Positions 24,193 to 38,418 are shown, counted from the stretch's first letter. The stretch: DNA of 64,000 bases from Larus michahellis (GCF_964199755.1 NC_133896.1:203271471-203335470), one strand, 5' to 3'. The notes: generated from the letters alone by a model not told the origin. Program-made: numbers and translations.

Positions 24193-26336
24193 CTAACAAA
24201 AAAAATTCTGTATGTAATTATTGAATTAAATTGTTCGTCTGGTATTATTTCTAAATATTTTGTTTTTAATTAGTACTGCAAGCCTTCTGAATCGGAATTT
24301 TTTAAATTCTATCCCTTTTTCAGGGGACAGACCAACTGAAAGCAACGGAGCCAATGAATGTGCTGCTGTATTATGAGATTTCCTAACAACATTTGAGGAA
24401 ATTACATGGAACAGGATTTTTAAAAGTCACAGTGCATACCTGTGCAGAAAATTAATTTAGGTTCAAACACCAATAAGACTGCATCAAAACGATCCTGATC
24501 TTGAACTAATTAACCTCAATCTCAGTAGAGCTATTTAGCATGGACATAGCTATCTTACAGCTAAGTGCGGTGTCAGCTAGGGAACGTTACTGTCTGAACA
24601 ACGTGGATGTAACCAATATGGTAACACTTATTAGCCTGAGAGAACAGCAGGCTCTGCTCACCAACAGTCTGACTACCGTCAAGCTATTTCATAGGCATAT
24701 ACACAAATGAGAGCTTTATAGAGGATTAAAGGAGAACGATTAAGCAGACGAGAATTCTTTTGTGAGAGAAACAGCACAGTAGCCTTCAAACTTTGTCGGA
24801 CAGAAAGTAGACTCATTCCTCAACAGGACCATACCACTGCCCTAGTGACCTAGTGAATTCTCACCAGAACTCCTCAAAGCAAAATTGAATAGTACAATTG
24901 TATCTATGCTAAGAACACATAACATCTTGGGTTTAAAGTTTACTGCTCTTTTAAATGTCTTCCTATAGATTTTGCTGCCTTGTACAACTCTGTTAAGTAC
25001 AAATCTTGCACTATTTAAAAATATTTTTTTCATTTACTTGCAGATAATTACCACAGATAAAACAGATGCATTAATTCAGCCTTCTAGAAAACACTCCCTT
25101 TGTCTACACAAATGTATGAACCAGACTGAACTTCTCTTTTACACCTCTTCGCCATTATTACTTTACCAATGTAACACATTAAATACAGATCCTGCCTACT
25201 GAAAGCAGATTGTTGCACATTTGCACATTAATGTTAGTGGCACAGAGGAACCATTAAAAGCCATGCCCTCTCAGACTACCAGCACTGAGGTAATCCATTG
25301 CCAAGCCTAGTTCCATAATATCAATAACCAATAATCAATGAATGTAAATATGCAGAACATGAACATACCGGGAATGTAAATATGTTGAAAATGGTGTCAG
25401 TGTGCTGCTAATGGACACATACCATCTGTTCTTTCTTGTGTGTTGATGCAAATTCTAGTATAGTCATAACATACAATTACTCTGGAAGAGCACCGGGATG
25501 TCTAGCACACGGCCTGAAGGGTGCGTTTGCCCGGTGCTGCGAGATCAGGGGAATGTTGCCTGAGCTATGGCGAAGGTGTCATTAAAAAACACTAGTCCTA
25601 GAAGAACATGACCATCACCATCGGTCTTTATTTTGACGTACCCTTGCCAGCCTTCCCAGGACATGGTAAGAACTTAACACCTCTCTGACCCTTTCCTGTT
25701 TATGCCTTGCAACCTGAAGTATGTAGCTGTAATCCAGTTTGTTGTTTTGCTGTTGTTTTTTTTTTAAAAGCTGTTTCAGTTACGCACATATCTTTCTAGT
25801 TCGTTGTAACTGAAAACAGTCGAACTATATTGCAATGAATTTCAGTGAGGTTTTGCCTGTTCCTCTGATCGTTGGAAGTCTAGTGCTCACTTGGTCTTTA
25901 AGTAATTACCTTACAAAACAAATGAATATTAAATAATAAAATTATACAACTACTAATGTTGCATTGAAATTGCACTATTAAAATGAGACTGTACCAAAAT
26001 ATAAAATGCAAAGTTTCAAAATGTCAACTCTTGTGCTTTCCAATTATATTCTTAAATACTACAGTTGTTATAATGAAGAAAGATATGAATAGGTAAGGCC
26101 ACCTGGACACAGAATTAACATTATTGTAGGCATCTTACTTTCGAAATTCCTTACAGATTTTCCATTCCATTATTAAAGGTAGGCAAACATTTCTGCATTT
26201 AATCTAAACATACACATATATTTAAGGCAGTATACTCAGGCATCAGACAGTTCTCAGCTTATTAACCTCTCACTTTGAAGAAATTATCAGTGATTTTAAA
26301 CAAATGCAATTGCTAGCTAACTAACTTTGTACTTAC

Positions 26337-26524
26337 CCCACACCGCATGTAAATAACCTCGTATGTTGGACATTATCTTTCACAATCTGGAAGGTCACAC
26401 TCTCATTCTGAATGTGCCCATCTGATAGAAGAAGAATGTTCCGGTGTCCTTGAGAAGGGAATAGCCGATTTAAGTAACGTAAGGTCTTCCATAAATCAGT
26501 GTTTCCCAATGTTGCAGTAGCAGA
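26337..26524 (-). CDS. PARP4: PARP4 exon (vWA): SATATLGNTDLWKTLRYLNRLFPSQGHRNILLLSDGHIQNESVTFQIVKDNVQHTRLFTCGVG
   Basis: Human reads SATPTMGNTDFWKTLRYLSLLYPARGSRNILLVSDGHLQDESLTLQLVKRSRPHTRLFACGIG. Donor GG|GTAAGT. Confidence 0.9.
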
Positions 26525-27958
26525 CTGAAAAGTAAAGTATTACAATTTTAGTTTTGAATTTAATTTATTTTTTCCTGAAATAACATATAATGTATAGTTT
26601 AATCTTTATTTCATTATACATGAGTGCTGGTTTCCAAATATAAAGAACTCATTTTTAAGCTTTATTTGTTCCTGTTATTCTATAATTACTATTAAAGATA
26701 GAGCTTAAGGTCCATCTAGTCCTGTATCTTCTCTGGCTTAGGCAAAAGGTACAGGTAAAATAGGTAAGAAAAATGGTAAATTCTATTCCTGCATTGTTTT
26801 CAGAGCTTTCAGTAATCAGTGGTTTGGGCACTTCTTGAACCGGAGTTTTCATCCATACTATTGCATCTAAAAGTTATTTACACGCTCTTACTTCTAATTT
26901 GCCTAACCCACTTTCTGAATTGAATTAGTTTAGCCTCAACATCAAGCATGACAAGAAGTTCCACTGTTTATTATGCATGAAGAGGACCGTTTGGTTTTTG
27001 TTTTAAATCTGGTGACTGATCATTTTGCGAGGTGTCCTGCAATCTTTAAGAGGTGTGAAACAGCAAGTAAGCATCCCTATTCCCCTTTTTCCTCTGTTTA
27101 TCCTGGAAAAGAGATTACTCTGTAAGGATTCAACAGACGCTAAAAAAAATCAGGATGAGTCCTCTCCTTGTACAGCAGGTCTTCCATATATCTGGCCATC
27201 TCTGTTTTCTGTCTCTCTTAGTACCTTTCTGACTGATGCTGAACACTGGGCTACCACTTAAAAAGGATTATTCACAACGGTTCCAGTATCGCTTCTCTGG
27301 GTTAAATCCCAGAATTGTACAGTTTTAGTGTTTTTCCCCGCTTTGTGTTACTCTGTATTAATCACTATTTGCATCTTACCATCCCATTTTCAAGACATCC
27401 ATTATATTAGTATCTTATACATTATGCTAGCATCAAGGAGCTTTAGTTACAGCTGAGAAGCCTACTTCTGGCACTGAGAAGATATGGTACTAACCAAAAC
27501 CTGTTATCCTAAATAGTCTACATCTGATCTTTTGGTGCCAAAGGCATTCTCCTTTTCACTGAAAGTCCTTTGGCCTAAGTACTGCCTTTGCTTACAAATT
27601 ACAGATTTCCAGAAGGAAGTCAAATTATTTCCTCTCTTTCTGCTGTGAGCAGACAATGAGAGGTATGAGACTCCAAAGGATAAATTTAGGGGGAAACACT
27701 GAAAAATGTCCTACAGCCACTGATAGCTACTGAGCTTCACTTAAGCAATCACTTAAAACCAAACTGGAATTAATCTTCAGATGTGGCTGTGCTTGTTATT
27801 AGGGAAAATAGACTTCAAATAGACTGAATTACAGAAAAAAATCTTAGAAGCTAGCCTAATGAAAAAGAAAAAAGAGGAAAAGTCACGTAACAGAGTTTTG
27901 CAACGATAAGCACCCCATACAAAGAAGTATTCTTTACAATACAACCTGATTTACTTAC

Positions 27959-28029
27959 TGTAACAAACTTCTTCAGTGATTCTAAATCATTTATGACGTT
28001 CATTGAAAAAGAAGAAAATTCTGTGAAAT
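27959..28029 (-). CDS. PARP4: PARP4 exon: (N)FTEFSSFSMNVINDLESLKKFVT
   Basis: Moderate similarity to human GYKELFSYPKHITSNTMAAEFIMS. The splice phases fit both neighbouring exons (AG…GTAAGT). Confidence 0.65.
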
Positions 28030-28265
28030 CTGTGAATAAAGATTGATGTTAAGAGCATTAGAATATGAAACGTAGCAACAATATGGAAACACAAGTTTAA
28101 GTTTTAGGACTAGAATATCAGAGTAGCAGTATTCCATACCGCTACACATTCCTGCTTGCAGTTCAGTGTATTATGCTGGTTTGATAATAATGATGTGCAT
28201 AAAATTAAGCCATGACAAGAAGGTAAAAGGTGGCTCTCAGGTAAAAGGGAAATAGAGAAACTCAC

Positions 28266-28461
28266 TTGTGCCAAATTTGACTACGTTCACTCTTTGTCTG
28301 AAACCAAGTAGCTCCAAAACACGTAAAGCAATCTGCTTTGCTTGGTGTAGAGCTGAACCTGCCATAGAATTCGAGCAATCTAATAAAATAGTAACTTGAT
28401 TGGACCGGTGCTCTTCTTCAAATGCTGTTTCAAACTCTGGTTGGAATACAAGCATGCAAGC
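28266..28461 (-). CDS. PARP4: PARP4 exon (start of vWA): ACMLVFQPEFETAFEEEHRSNQVTILLDCSNSMAGSALHQAKQIALRVLELLGFRQRVNVVKFGT
   Basis: Human reads ACMLVFQPDLDVDLPDLASESEVIICLDCSSSMEGVTFLQAKQIALHALSLVGEKQKVNIIQFGTG. Within ORF 28237..28455. Confidence 0.9.
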
Positions 28462-29902
28462 CTATGGAGGGAGAAACAAAATCATCAGTGCAGTGGATAA
28501 ATACTATTTCACCAGAAGTGTACCCAAACATCTTCATTTTTCTTATTATGGAATGAGAGCAGAATATAGCCGTACTTCAAAGTTTTAACAAATATATGTC
28601 ATTTACTCTTAATGCCTGAAAAGTGCAACTTGCCTGTCCTTTACCTATATCCCAGGTCTCACATGAAAAACTGAAAAAGGAATTTTGTGGTTTCATGTTT
28701 TATCTGATTCACTCTACTGCAAACAGCACTGGATTCTCTGCTACAGGTTAAAAAAATAATAAAAAAAATCAGAAATGTAATTTTTTACAATTATCACTGC
28801 CACCACCATCAGTTTGTGTAAACCCGAAGTGCACACCGTCCTTGCTATGAACAGAGATGCTATAAAAAACAAAGGCTTTCAAAAGTGGAACAATGAAATG
28901 CTTGAAGGAGTGAAAGTGTTTCCAATAGAGAAGGAAAGGTTTGCAGTTTGGAAATACAAATTGCAGTCATCAGAAAGAAATCCCTTAACTAATACATTTA
29001 AGCAAAGCGACTCTGATTGAAAGGAAGAAAAATGAAAGACATCACTGTCAGAAAGAAAACAATCTTATCTGTCATATTACTTCTTTCAATCAATTTCAAC
29101 ATTGGATTGACAGGTTGGTAACGCCAATATTTTACATTTCACTTCTGCAGCATTTTACCTTATTTAAGGAAAAAAAAAAACAAAAAGGAGCTGAATCTAA
29201 CTTAAAGTGCCAGGGACTTCACAAAAACCGTGGGAGAATGAAACAGCTTCTAATAACCTGGAATCACAGATTTTAAGTTTTAAATGTACTTCTCAGACAA
29301 GGAGTTACTGGGGGTGAAGGTAAAAGGGGTTGAACTGATCTTTCCTTTCCTACCTAAACTTTTATTAATGTTTTCCAGTGGTGACAATGAGCTCTTAAAA
29401 TAAAAGAGACAGATTCTACAAATATTTGTGTGTGAGATGTAAATACAGCCCTACAAATTTAATGGTTTAGAATTTTACTTATTTTTAATTAGTACAGTGA
29501 TTGCGTGACTCTGAAGCTACTTAGTTTCAGCCTCAGACATGACTTATTTGTTCACTTCCACTCCTGTATGAAAAACTGTATGTTTTGTATGAAAAACTGT
29601 AGTCACATTTCTATGAAATACAAACAGCAGCACAAAGTGTTTTAAGAGAAATGACTGGACGCTGTGTTGAAACAGTTACTGTCTTACAAGGCAAACGATA
29701 AAACAAAAGCAACAAGATTCTATGCAACTGAAAAGAAAACTAATTTCTGGAGAATACTCAGCTTAATAAAACAGATCAAATTGAGCACTGTCCATGGTGC
29801 GACATTTTTCTTCATCTTGTACCATCAAAATGAAACTGATCCTGTTTATTACATTTAAGCATATTCAGTATTACCTCATGAACAGTACAAGCTATTCAGT
29901 AC

Positions 29903-30040
29903 CTCACTCATTTTATTGGGATGCTTCTCTACCCACATTCGAGGTAGGTAGACCTCAGAAATCCAGATATCTAGAACAAAGCCACTGACATCCAAGGAGC
30001 TGTCCTCCACAGTCTTAATTACAGCCTTGCAGTCCGTTTT
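29903..30040 (-). CDS. PARP4: PARP4 exon (VIT domain): KTDCKAVIKTVEDSSLDVSGFVLDIWISEVYLPRMWVEKHPNKMSE
   Basis: Human reads RTDCKAVISTMEGSSLDSSGFSLHIGLSAAYLPRMWVEKHPEKESE. 138 bp, phase 0 at both ends. Confidence 0.9.
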
Positions 30041-30459
30041 CTAGAAGAGGAGAAAAACAGGCATTTAAATATTTATTTAATAACAATGCCATGAACATTA
30101 TTTGCTTTGTGAGAACAGGGAATGACAACAGCAGATTTAATAGGGATAGTCCCAAAGCTTTTTGCCAAAAAGGTTATAGAAATTTTACAAGGTACAGTTT
30201 CTCGTTACATATTACTATCTTTAAAACATCATTCTCTTTCCTGAATGTATCTTTCAATAAGAAAACAACCAAAACAGAAAGGTTTCAAGCACAACAGAAA
30301 TTTTCATCCGAGAGAAACAGAGGATCGAGCTGTTTGCAGAATGAACAATGCGCAAAGCCAGACAGATCTGCCAGAAGAGTTTTCTAGGATAAAAGTTCCA
30401 TTTTATATACACAGGAGAACTGCCAAGTCAGAGACATAGTTACAGTGAAATTAACTTAC

Positions 30460-30541
30460 CTTTATTTTAAGTTCATGTGTCCAACTATGTATGCGTTCAA
30501 TACTAGATGGCATCTCAATAGACATATCCAGGGAAAATCCA
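30460..30541 (-). CDS. PARP4: PARP4 exon (VIT): (N)GFSLDMSIEMPSSIERIHSWTHELKIK
   Basis: Human reads SFSLTMSIEMPYVIEFIFSDTHELKQK. Donor AAG|GTAAGT. Confidence 0.85.
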
Positions 30542-32789
30542 CTAAATAAAGAGAAAAGAAAAAAAAAAACCTGAATGGCACTCCAGGGAAGATGATGTTT
30601 AATCTGCATACCATGACATCTCCAAAAGAAGGAGCTACGCTTCCTGTTCTTTTTAACTCTTTGGATAAAAGTGGAGAATACTGAACTAGTTAGACAAGTT
30701 TCTGTTCCTAGGATACCCAAAGAATAACCATGCTGATTCACCAAGGTTATTCATAGTCTAAAAGGTCAGAAGGGATCAAGAGGCCATTTGACATGATCTG
30801 CTCTATAACATACTACATAACACTTTAGCCAATTATCTGTTCATTTAACCTAATTTTTATTTTCTAAAACAAAGCTTCATAACAGACCGCCAAACTGGAT
30901 TTCAGAGAAGGTAAGTTCATTGTTTTCCCTGGCTAACTGTTCCAAACCTCACTGCTAAAACTGCATGTCTTTTTTTCTTATTCAGCTGTAATTTCGTCTT
31001 TGCTTCTTAATTTATTTCTGTAATTGCATTAAAAAGCAATTTGATAGGTGCAATCATACAAAACAAGACACATAAAAGACACAAGATACCATACAATGTC
31101 ATGGAATCACCTCCCAGTTTGCAGACAGAGGTCAATGTGCATGACCTTGAGTCTGGCGGGGGGGGTTTGTTGTTTTGTTGTTGTTGGGTTCTGTGTTTTT
31201 TATGCTTTGGTTTACTTTTTATTTTTTTTAAGGTCTTCAGATTGGCATTTTGCCAACTTCAGTCAGTCTTGCCTGACAAAATAATCTCTCTTTGCTACTT
31301 CATGTTTTGCGTATTTTGGGGCTGTATTAGCCATTTCTGCCACAATTACCACATGGTTCTTTATTCCAAGTTATTGACGTACTCAGTGAGTAATAAACCC
31401 TGGGTTATTGGTAGTCACTGTATGCCAGGATATGATCTCCCAAGATCTAGATGCATAGGGCTGCAATCATTTAATCTATGTATAGCCTTGCATTTTTCAG
31501 TTTTATAGCATTTTTGTTACTGTTACATGGGCACTTTTTAATATTCTTGACTATTTTGAGTCCTAACCTCAATTATTCTTAATGTACCACGAACCTGTGT
31601 ATCCTCTGCATATCCTATGAGCAATTATTTTCTATTTACAGCCATATCTCCGTTATCCTTAAGGTGCTTCTGGATAAACATACAATACATATGCACAGCC
31701 CCAAAGTATCTGCAGAGAGAACGAGCCTGCAGCCAGAAAACCCTATTATGTTATTGATATCATATTAATAACTTTTCAGCTAACTTGGATGTCTTTGTGC
31801 TGCTCCCTCTAGAACCTGAAGCTGGAAAGAGTTAGACAGAGATACCTGATCTCCATCCTCACACAATAACTATTCTTGTTTCCCAATTTTATTCATATTT
31901 TTCTAGTTGAATTTCCCCCAACATTAAAAATTAAATTGTATTATAATTTGAAATACCTTTTCCACAACTGGATGTGTAGTGTATGAACTTGGTAATTTAT
32001 TCCTGATATATGGCAGAAATAGCATCAAATCTTTAGCTGATCAAGACAATATTTGTACTAACCATTAGTAATTGCACTGAATAAAAGCAAGTTAATAATA
32101 GGAAATACTATTTCAAGTTTAAATATAACTTTAGAAAATTATAACAGATGTGGTTTTGTGCCTGCTTTGCTGACAGAACAAAGAAGAAACTAGGACATTA
32201 TCATAAAAAGTACTTTTCATGGTTTTTAATATGGAAATATGAAGAGCATTAAGTTTTGACACATTTACTGCTACTACTACCTGCATTGCTTGTTATTCAG
32301 GTTGAGAATGGCCGTATGCAGAAATGTTACTGGGAATAAAACTACAGTACTCAGTTTCCAAGAAGTCTTTCTTTACCAGCAACATCACAGTTTCAGATAA
32401 TTGTAATTTTTTATTTAAAATGCAAATGCAAAGAAAGGTAAAATATTAAGTGCAGTGATATTGAAAAAAAAATTAAGATCATGGTCTCATTAAGTTTTGT
32501 GACTTAGGAATTTATATGTAATCCTTAATAACAGAAATGTTTCTGAAACAAAAAGAAATATTTAGTGAAGAAAAAGTGTATAATAATTAAAAGGTACTCT
32601 CTTATGATATTACCCTTCTAAGGATATGAAGAGATTAGAATGAAAGGTGAAATTAAACTAGTTTCTTGATAATGCAACTTACCATCAAATATTCCATATA
32701 AATAAGAAAACATTACATTTAAATGTTTTAACTTAATCATCGAAGTTATTGATAAAATAAAGCAGATAATATTAATGAAAGTAACTTAC

Positions 32790-32836
32790 TTTTTCTGTGG
32801 TTTTACTTGTTTAACACAAACCTTTTTTATTGTATC
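32790..32836 (-). CDS. PARP4: PARP4 micro-exon (47 bp): DTIKKVCVKQVKPQK
   Basis: Human reads DTVEKICIKEIGTKQ. Acceptor ctttgtag|GAT and donor AA|GTAAGT. Its phase 2 matches the next exon. Confidence 0.75.
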
Positions 32837-33687
32837 CTACAAAGAAAAAAAAAATTACCTGCACCAGTTATTAAATATTTGTATGTCATTCCTGATACTT
32901 CTATCACCCTGGACCTCCTTTATCTTATTATATCACTAAGTTGGGATTGCATGGAACGCTCTTTACTTCATTTAATCACATAGCTTTGTAATCTGAGCAT
33001 CATAGCAGCTAAAATTCAAATGAACGTGTGCATGTTTCTCTCCCAAAGACAGAGTGAACTTTAGAACTCTGTATAATATGGGTCTGGAGCAGAAGGCATG
33101 ATTGTTGAACAGTCAGACATGCGATACAGCAATATGATCTCAGAGGGACTAGAACCACAAGGACCATCTCTGGCTCTTCGCTAGGATTTAAACACAGAGA
33201 TGACCTCCCATCCCACCTGTGGAATTTAGGAGCCATCAAGGGCATCCAAAGAAACAGATGGGCAACCTTGTCCCTGAAGCAGAGAAGAATAATAGCAGAG
33301 TGTTCAGCAGATGCTCAGATACTGTTTCATAATGGAGACAATACAACGTCTTTGCAAGCCAAAGGAGGAACAGCAGCACAGAAACAGCAGGTAACTCAAA
33401 ATACGAGATCTAACATGTGCCCAATTCAAGTCAAATTTTTAAGTCCTGCAGGAGAAAATAAAGAGATAGATAGAGGCATTCTACCAATCACTGCATTCCT
33501 ATGTTTGTGTTCATGTTGCTTTACGACAAGAATGGTTATAAACAATTGTTTTCTAAAAAAAGAGAAGAAATTAAAAGGAAAACAAACATAAACTTACTGA
33601 AGCCTCTCGTGTAACTGCAATTCCCTAGCCACAGAACTTTTGCTTCAAAACAAGAAGATGCTGTTTTAAGATTGTATTTTAACCAAC

Positions 33688-33852
33688 CTGCGTGTTTTCA
33701 TTTAATGCTTTGTCCTGTTGCAATGGTGACACAGAAGCAGGGAGATGAAAGGTGATACAACCATGCTGAAAACTCAGTTCAGTGATATAGGTGATTTTGA
33801 TCACAACTGTACAATTTGGAGGTAAGTTTCCGACACTTATTACAAAAATATC
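33688..33852 (-). CDS. PARP4: PARP4 exon (VIT): DIFVISVGNLPPNCTVVIKITYITELSFQHGCITFHLPASVSPLQQDKALNENTQ
   Basis: Human reads DVFTVSVGNLPPKAKVLIKITYITELSILGTVGVFFMPATVAPWQQDKALNENLQ. Acceptor t10ag|GAT. Confidence 0.9.
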
Positions 33853-34325
33853 CTAAAAAAAAAACCAACAACAAAACCCATAAACTAGCTTTAATGACAT
33901 CATTAAAGCCTATGTTTTCCAAAACAATAATTTACTTGAAACTGAAATCAAATGCTAACACAGAAACTACTATTTGATTTTGGCGAAGTCTAAGAAAAAA
34001 GGGGATTATGATATGAAATGTCAAACTTCCAATAATTCCTTAATTTCTAGCAAAACTGATCAATAGTAACTAATTAAATCAATCTTTTACAAAAAAAAAA
34101 TAAAAAAAAATGAAACAACCTGAAAGAGACATAGCTGTTTTATGTAAGCCATAGCACATATTTCAAGAAACAATAGTTGTTTTTAAAAATGATGAAATGT
34201 ATGGTCCAAATAAGGTCCAAATAGTAAAAATGAGCTTCCCAAAAAAGACATGATTCAGCAGCAAATCTATAATTGGACAACTGCAAAATTTTCAAATAGG
34301 TACTAAACCACGATATTCAACATAC

Positions 34326-34412
34326 CGGTGCATCTTGGTCCATCAGATAAGCTCCATCACCCTGCCTGATAGCTTTCCGATATTCTCTATGTGCTTGTTT
34401 CTTTTCTTTAAC
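34326..34412 (-). CDS. PARP4: PARP4 exon: VKEKKQAHREYRKAIRQGDGAYLMDQDAP
   Basis: Human reads IKEKEEAQQEYLEAVTQGHGAYLMSQDAP. Confidence 0.85.
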
Positions 34413-34577
34413 CTATGAAAAATTGTTCCAAAATAAGTCATTTCATCTCTATAGACAGAAAACTTAACCAATATTCTCTTAAATGACATGACTACCTTGA
34501 TATCCAGTCAAGTGGTAACAACAAAGGATCTTCAGATTGAAGGAACTACATCAAAGGCAAAGTACAATAACATTTTA

Positions 34578-34709
34578 CCTCTCCAATGATGTGTTTTCCA
34601 TTGATAAAAGCTTCAAATCCACAAACAGCAGCTTTATCATCCAAAGGAAAGACATATTTAGCTTCAATTGGTTTACTGTTTTGATTGGTGTAGGTCTGAA
34701 ACATTACTA
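34578..34709 (-). CDS. PARP4: PARP4 exon (VIT start): VVMFQTYTNQNSKPIEAKYVFPLDDKAAVCGFEAFINGKHIIGE
   Basis: Human reads VIVFQTYTNKSHVPIEAKYIFPLDDKAAVCGFEAFINGKHIVGE. Confidence 0.9.
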
Positions 34710-36432
34710 CCTGAAATGAATATTTTTTGTGTAACTGTAATGTTAAAATGTGATTAAAACATCAATACTTCAAGCATAACAGCATCACTGCTTTGTACCA
34801 CAAAACGTCAATAGGCATGCCACAACTGGAACTTCGATTTCTACCTTAGAATTGAATGTGTAACATTCATCAGTGCTTGACAAATAGCTATCTCCTGAAA
34901 CATGCAAGGAGCTATAGAACTTTTAATCTCTAAATCATTAATTGAATCTCTTCCAGAAAAAGAGTAGACTATGACCTTCTAAAGGTTATCTGATATACTG
35001 GCAGAGCTGGAGCTGTTGCCTACAAAAGAAGTAACCACTCAGTAATAGTTTCTAGCCAGTAAGGACTAAACAAGAAGGAAGAATAAACCTCTGCAAAAAA
35101 ATATTTTTACAATATACTAAAAAGTGTGTTTGGAAAGGCCTATGTTACTTCTATACCTATAGTATCCATCTTCTAATGACACAATTTCTCTCTCAGGTGG
35201 CAGATTGCACCCGATTTTTTTCTCACATCTGCTCTTCTGTTTACTTCCCATGTGTCATAACAAAACTCTAGCAATTCCTCCTTCCCCTTTGCTGCCATTC
35301 TTATTGTCCCTTGCCACCTGATCATTTCTGGTTTATGCTCTGTACCTCAGCCTTACAGACTATTTTCTGCTTTGATGGACTGGGTCATAGACCAGATGCC
35401 ACTGGATAGTAATTCATTGCATAGCAACCCAGACAAAACCCAAACCAAAACAAACTCAAAACCAAACAAAATAACCCCCAATAATCCCTCATAAAATGAA
35501 TAGTTGTTCAAAGGAATCAAACTCATCAGACAACAGTTGTGAGTGTCCGAATAGCTTACACACAGAATCATTTGCAGACAATGCTTTCAAAACATTTTCT
35601 CTACTGTTTTCCCCTGCTTTCTTTTTTAAAGCTTTAGCAACAACATATAAAAAACATTATTTACTTTTATGAAGCTACTTTGGCACTGGAAACCCCTGAA
35701 TACAGATTCGTGTGGAGACACACACGTGCCAGAACTCAGTAAAGCCATAGCTTCAGCATGACCGAGACTGTTTAAGGCATGATGCAATTGGAGGGGGAGG
35801 AGATTATGGAATTATGCCCCAGGACTGGAAAAGACCTGTGATTTGACAGAATGTGTTCTTAGGGTATATGTACTGAAAAACAAAGTGGGCCCTTATTTTA
35901 GCCTGCTTAGCTAACTTTTATTAGCTAATTTTGAGGTTAGAATAGCAAATTCTTTTGTATTGATTGATATTTTACTTGTGACAGCTAATTTAGGTTGTTT
36001 AACCAAAGCCAAAACCAAAACACAAACACATTTCCATAAACCTTTAATCATCCTAGGTATTTCTCACTGGTTTATAATTCAGCTGGCAAACAAGGAAGTC
36101 TTTTAAAGGGAACAGAACACATACAATACTGCAGAAAGTTTCTCCGCAATGGTGACTTGATTATACATAGGCAGAAATCAGATTTAAAAATAAAGCCAAG
36201 CCTTTCACTGTCCAAAGAGCTTTTGGCATTTGTTCGACTATACATCTCTAAGAATAAAAACTGTTTCCACTCAGTTTCAGGACTTCCCTTCATTTAGAGA
36301 TTGAATTGCCTTTTTTTTTTTCTTTTCAATTAACTAAACACTAAATAGCATATTGACTAAAGCACTATTTAACAAGTGGATTAATTTTTCAAGGCTGAGT
36401 TATGGAAAAGGACAACAAATAGCATACTCTAC

Positions 36433-36557
36433 CTGTGCTACAAAGTCTATTATCCTCGCTTTGATATAAACACCTTCCAGAGGGACAGGATTTCCCAATC
36501 TGTCCTGAAGACCAGTTTTTACAGGATTTGAAAGATTTGCATTTGGTAATTCATAGC
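36433..36557 (-). CDS. PARP4: PARP4 exon: (S)YELPNANLSNPVKTGLQDRLGNPVPLEGVYIKARIIDFVAQ
   Basis: Human reads …TKAGLQDASGNLVPLEDVHIKGRIIDTVAQ. Confidence 0.85.
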
Positions 36558-37088
36558 CTAAACAAAGAGTTTACAAAAGATTAAAAAGATATTTTTTGAA
36601 ATACATATTCCAAAACTAATCCTATATCAAGGGCCCATGTTTATTTATGCAATTCACAACACAAAAGTAACACTCAGTTTCTGTTATGAACACTGGAGCT
36701 GTATTGCTGAGCTGCAGGCTCTGTCTAAGGGATCATGAGTTCATGATAGTTCTTTAAGGTCTTACAAGGTCTTTTTTTAGAACCTTGCATTTGAATTATT
36801 TAAAGACCATCTGATGATTTATGCAAAAGTGCTCCCTGTGCTTCTCTTGAAATGCACTGTCACAGGAGGAGATGCAACTGCTGTTGGTAATTATGCGTAT
36901 AGGAAATCTGTTCAAAACAGATGCTATACAGATGCCACATGATAATCACTAATTGAGTAACATCTGCAAACAAACCACAAATTATGTTTTATTATGTTAT
37001 CTTCACACATGTACTCTAAAAAGGGTTCTGATAAGCATTTAGGAAACTCTGGAAGCAACTCAATATACAAACGGAAAACATTTCTTAC

Positions 37089-37251
37089 TCTCCTGCTGTA
37101 AATGACATTGAGACTCTGGCTCATTGTTATCTTGCTCCAGTTCCACCCCAACTGCAGGCTGAAATTGTTTTATTTGATCTTCAGCAAGGCAAAACTTAAC
37201 GACATATCTAATTTTAACCTGACAGGTTTTATACACAACAAATTCATCATC
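37089..37251 (-). CDS. PARP4: PARP4 exon: DDEFVVYKTCQVKIRYVVKFCLAEDQIKQFQPAVGVELEQDNNEPESQCHLQQE
   Basis: Human reads DDEFVVYKTNQVKMKYIIKFSMPGDQIKDFHPSDHTELEEY…. Donor A|GTAAGA. Confidence 0.85.
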
Positions 37252-38018
37252 CTGGTAGAAACAAAGAAAAGTATTTTACAACAAAACCAAAGCTGTAGAT
37301 AATATATAAACCAATGCAAATTGATTAAGAGGTAAACCTAAATGACACATCATTTTTTGAAAAACGGTAAGGATCTGACAGCTTTTATTTTCACTCCCCT
37401 AATCTCTCTGTATCACTACCACTTGCATCTCTTATCTTCTTACTTTGTATTCACCACAATTCTTATATTTCCTTTTCTCCATAAAGTGCAATGATTCCTC
37501 AAAATAACAAAGAACTAAAAAAGTGAAAAACAGGTGGATATCTAGACAGCAACTGTTATCTGTTAGTGTGCCACTCCAGCTATCATGCCCGCCTTGGAGT
37601 ACCAACCTATTACGGACAGGGATTTTTATCATCTGGATTCATTTACAAAACAATGAACCATCCATGGTAGTGATTTCTTATTCCATGCACAGTAGAATAC
37701 TGCTTCCAAATAGCAATTTAAATATCACAGACCAGATATTTATACAATGATTAAGTTATAATAAAAGGTAATATTTACATTTTTCTTTTAAGTATTGTTT
37801 TCTTGCAAGAATTCTTTACAAATAGCACTTTAGAGGCTTAGAATTTTTAAACGCACTTTACAACCTGCAAGACAGACAAAACTGATTTTATGCATTATTG
37901 TCTAGCGATTTAGCATCTGAACTGAAATGCAGGTTAAATTAATTTTATTATCTATCAGTGGTATAATAAATCCAAAATCTGATGCCTTTTCAAGTGCCCA
38001 ACACTGCAGGATCAGTAC

Positions 38019-38202
38019 CTCAAAGTCTGAAGAGATGTCTGCTGTTTTACGGACTCCATGCACACTGTCAAAACCTGATGGTGCATTATTTAATGAATAA
38101 TCTCGTTCATATAAATCTAAGCAGGATCCAAGTGCCACATCACAAACTGCCAGGAGCCGGGTTCCATCCACTTCACTAGGTGAAGAATACTTAATACTGG
38201 CA
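38019..38202 (-). CDS. PARP4: PARP4 exon (PARP catalytic C-terminal part): (S)ASIKYSSPSEVDGTRLLAVCDVALGSCLDLYERDYSLNNAPSGFDSVHGVRKTADISSDFE
   Basis: Human reads TSIKYSHPGETDGTRLLLICDVALGKCMDLHEKDFSLTEAPPGYDSVHGVSQTASVTTDFE. Confidence 0.9.
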
Positions 38203-38418
38203 CTATATGTAAAGAAAGATCAGACACATTTCATTAAAATTTATATAAATGTAAACATCATAAGAGTTTAAGGATACACAAGTACTTCTGAACAGATGGA
38301 CAGGAATAAACTTTTTAATTAACTTATGTTAAAAATATTAAGAATTATATCAACTTAATTTGAAAAGCAAAAAGAACACAGAAAGGATAAAGTGAAGAGA
38401 TATTGTCATTATTCAGAC

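Noticed and set aside
24300-24380. Minus-strand peptide KSHNTAAHSLAPLLSVGLS, weakly resembling PARP4 STANRHVLRILSQCGAG
   Set aside because: The proper exon with FEYF and correct splice phases is at 24093-24192. This resemblance is coincidental.
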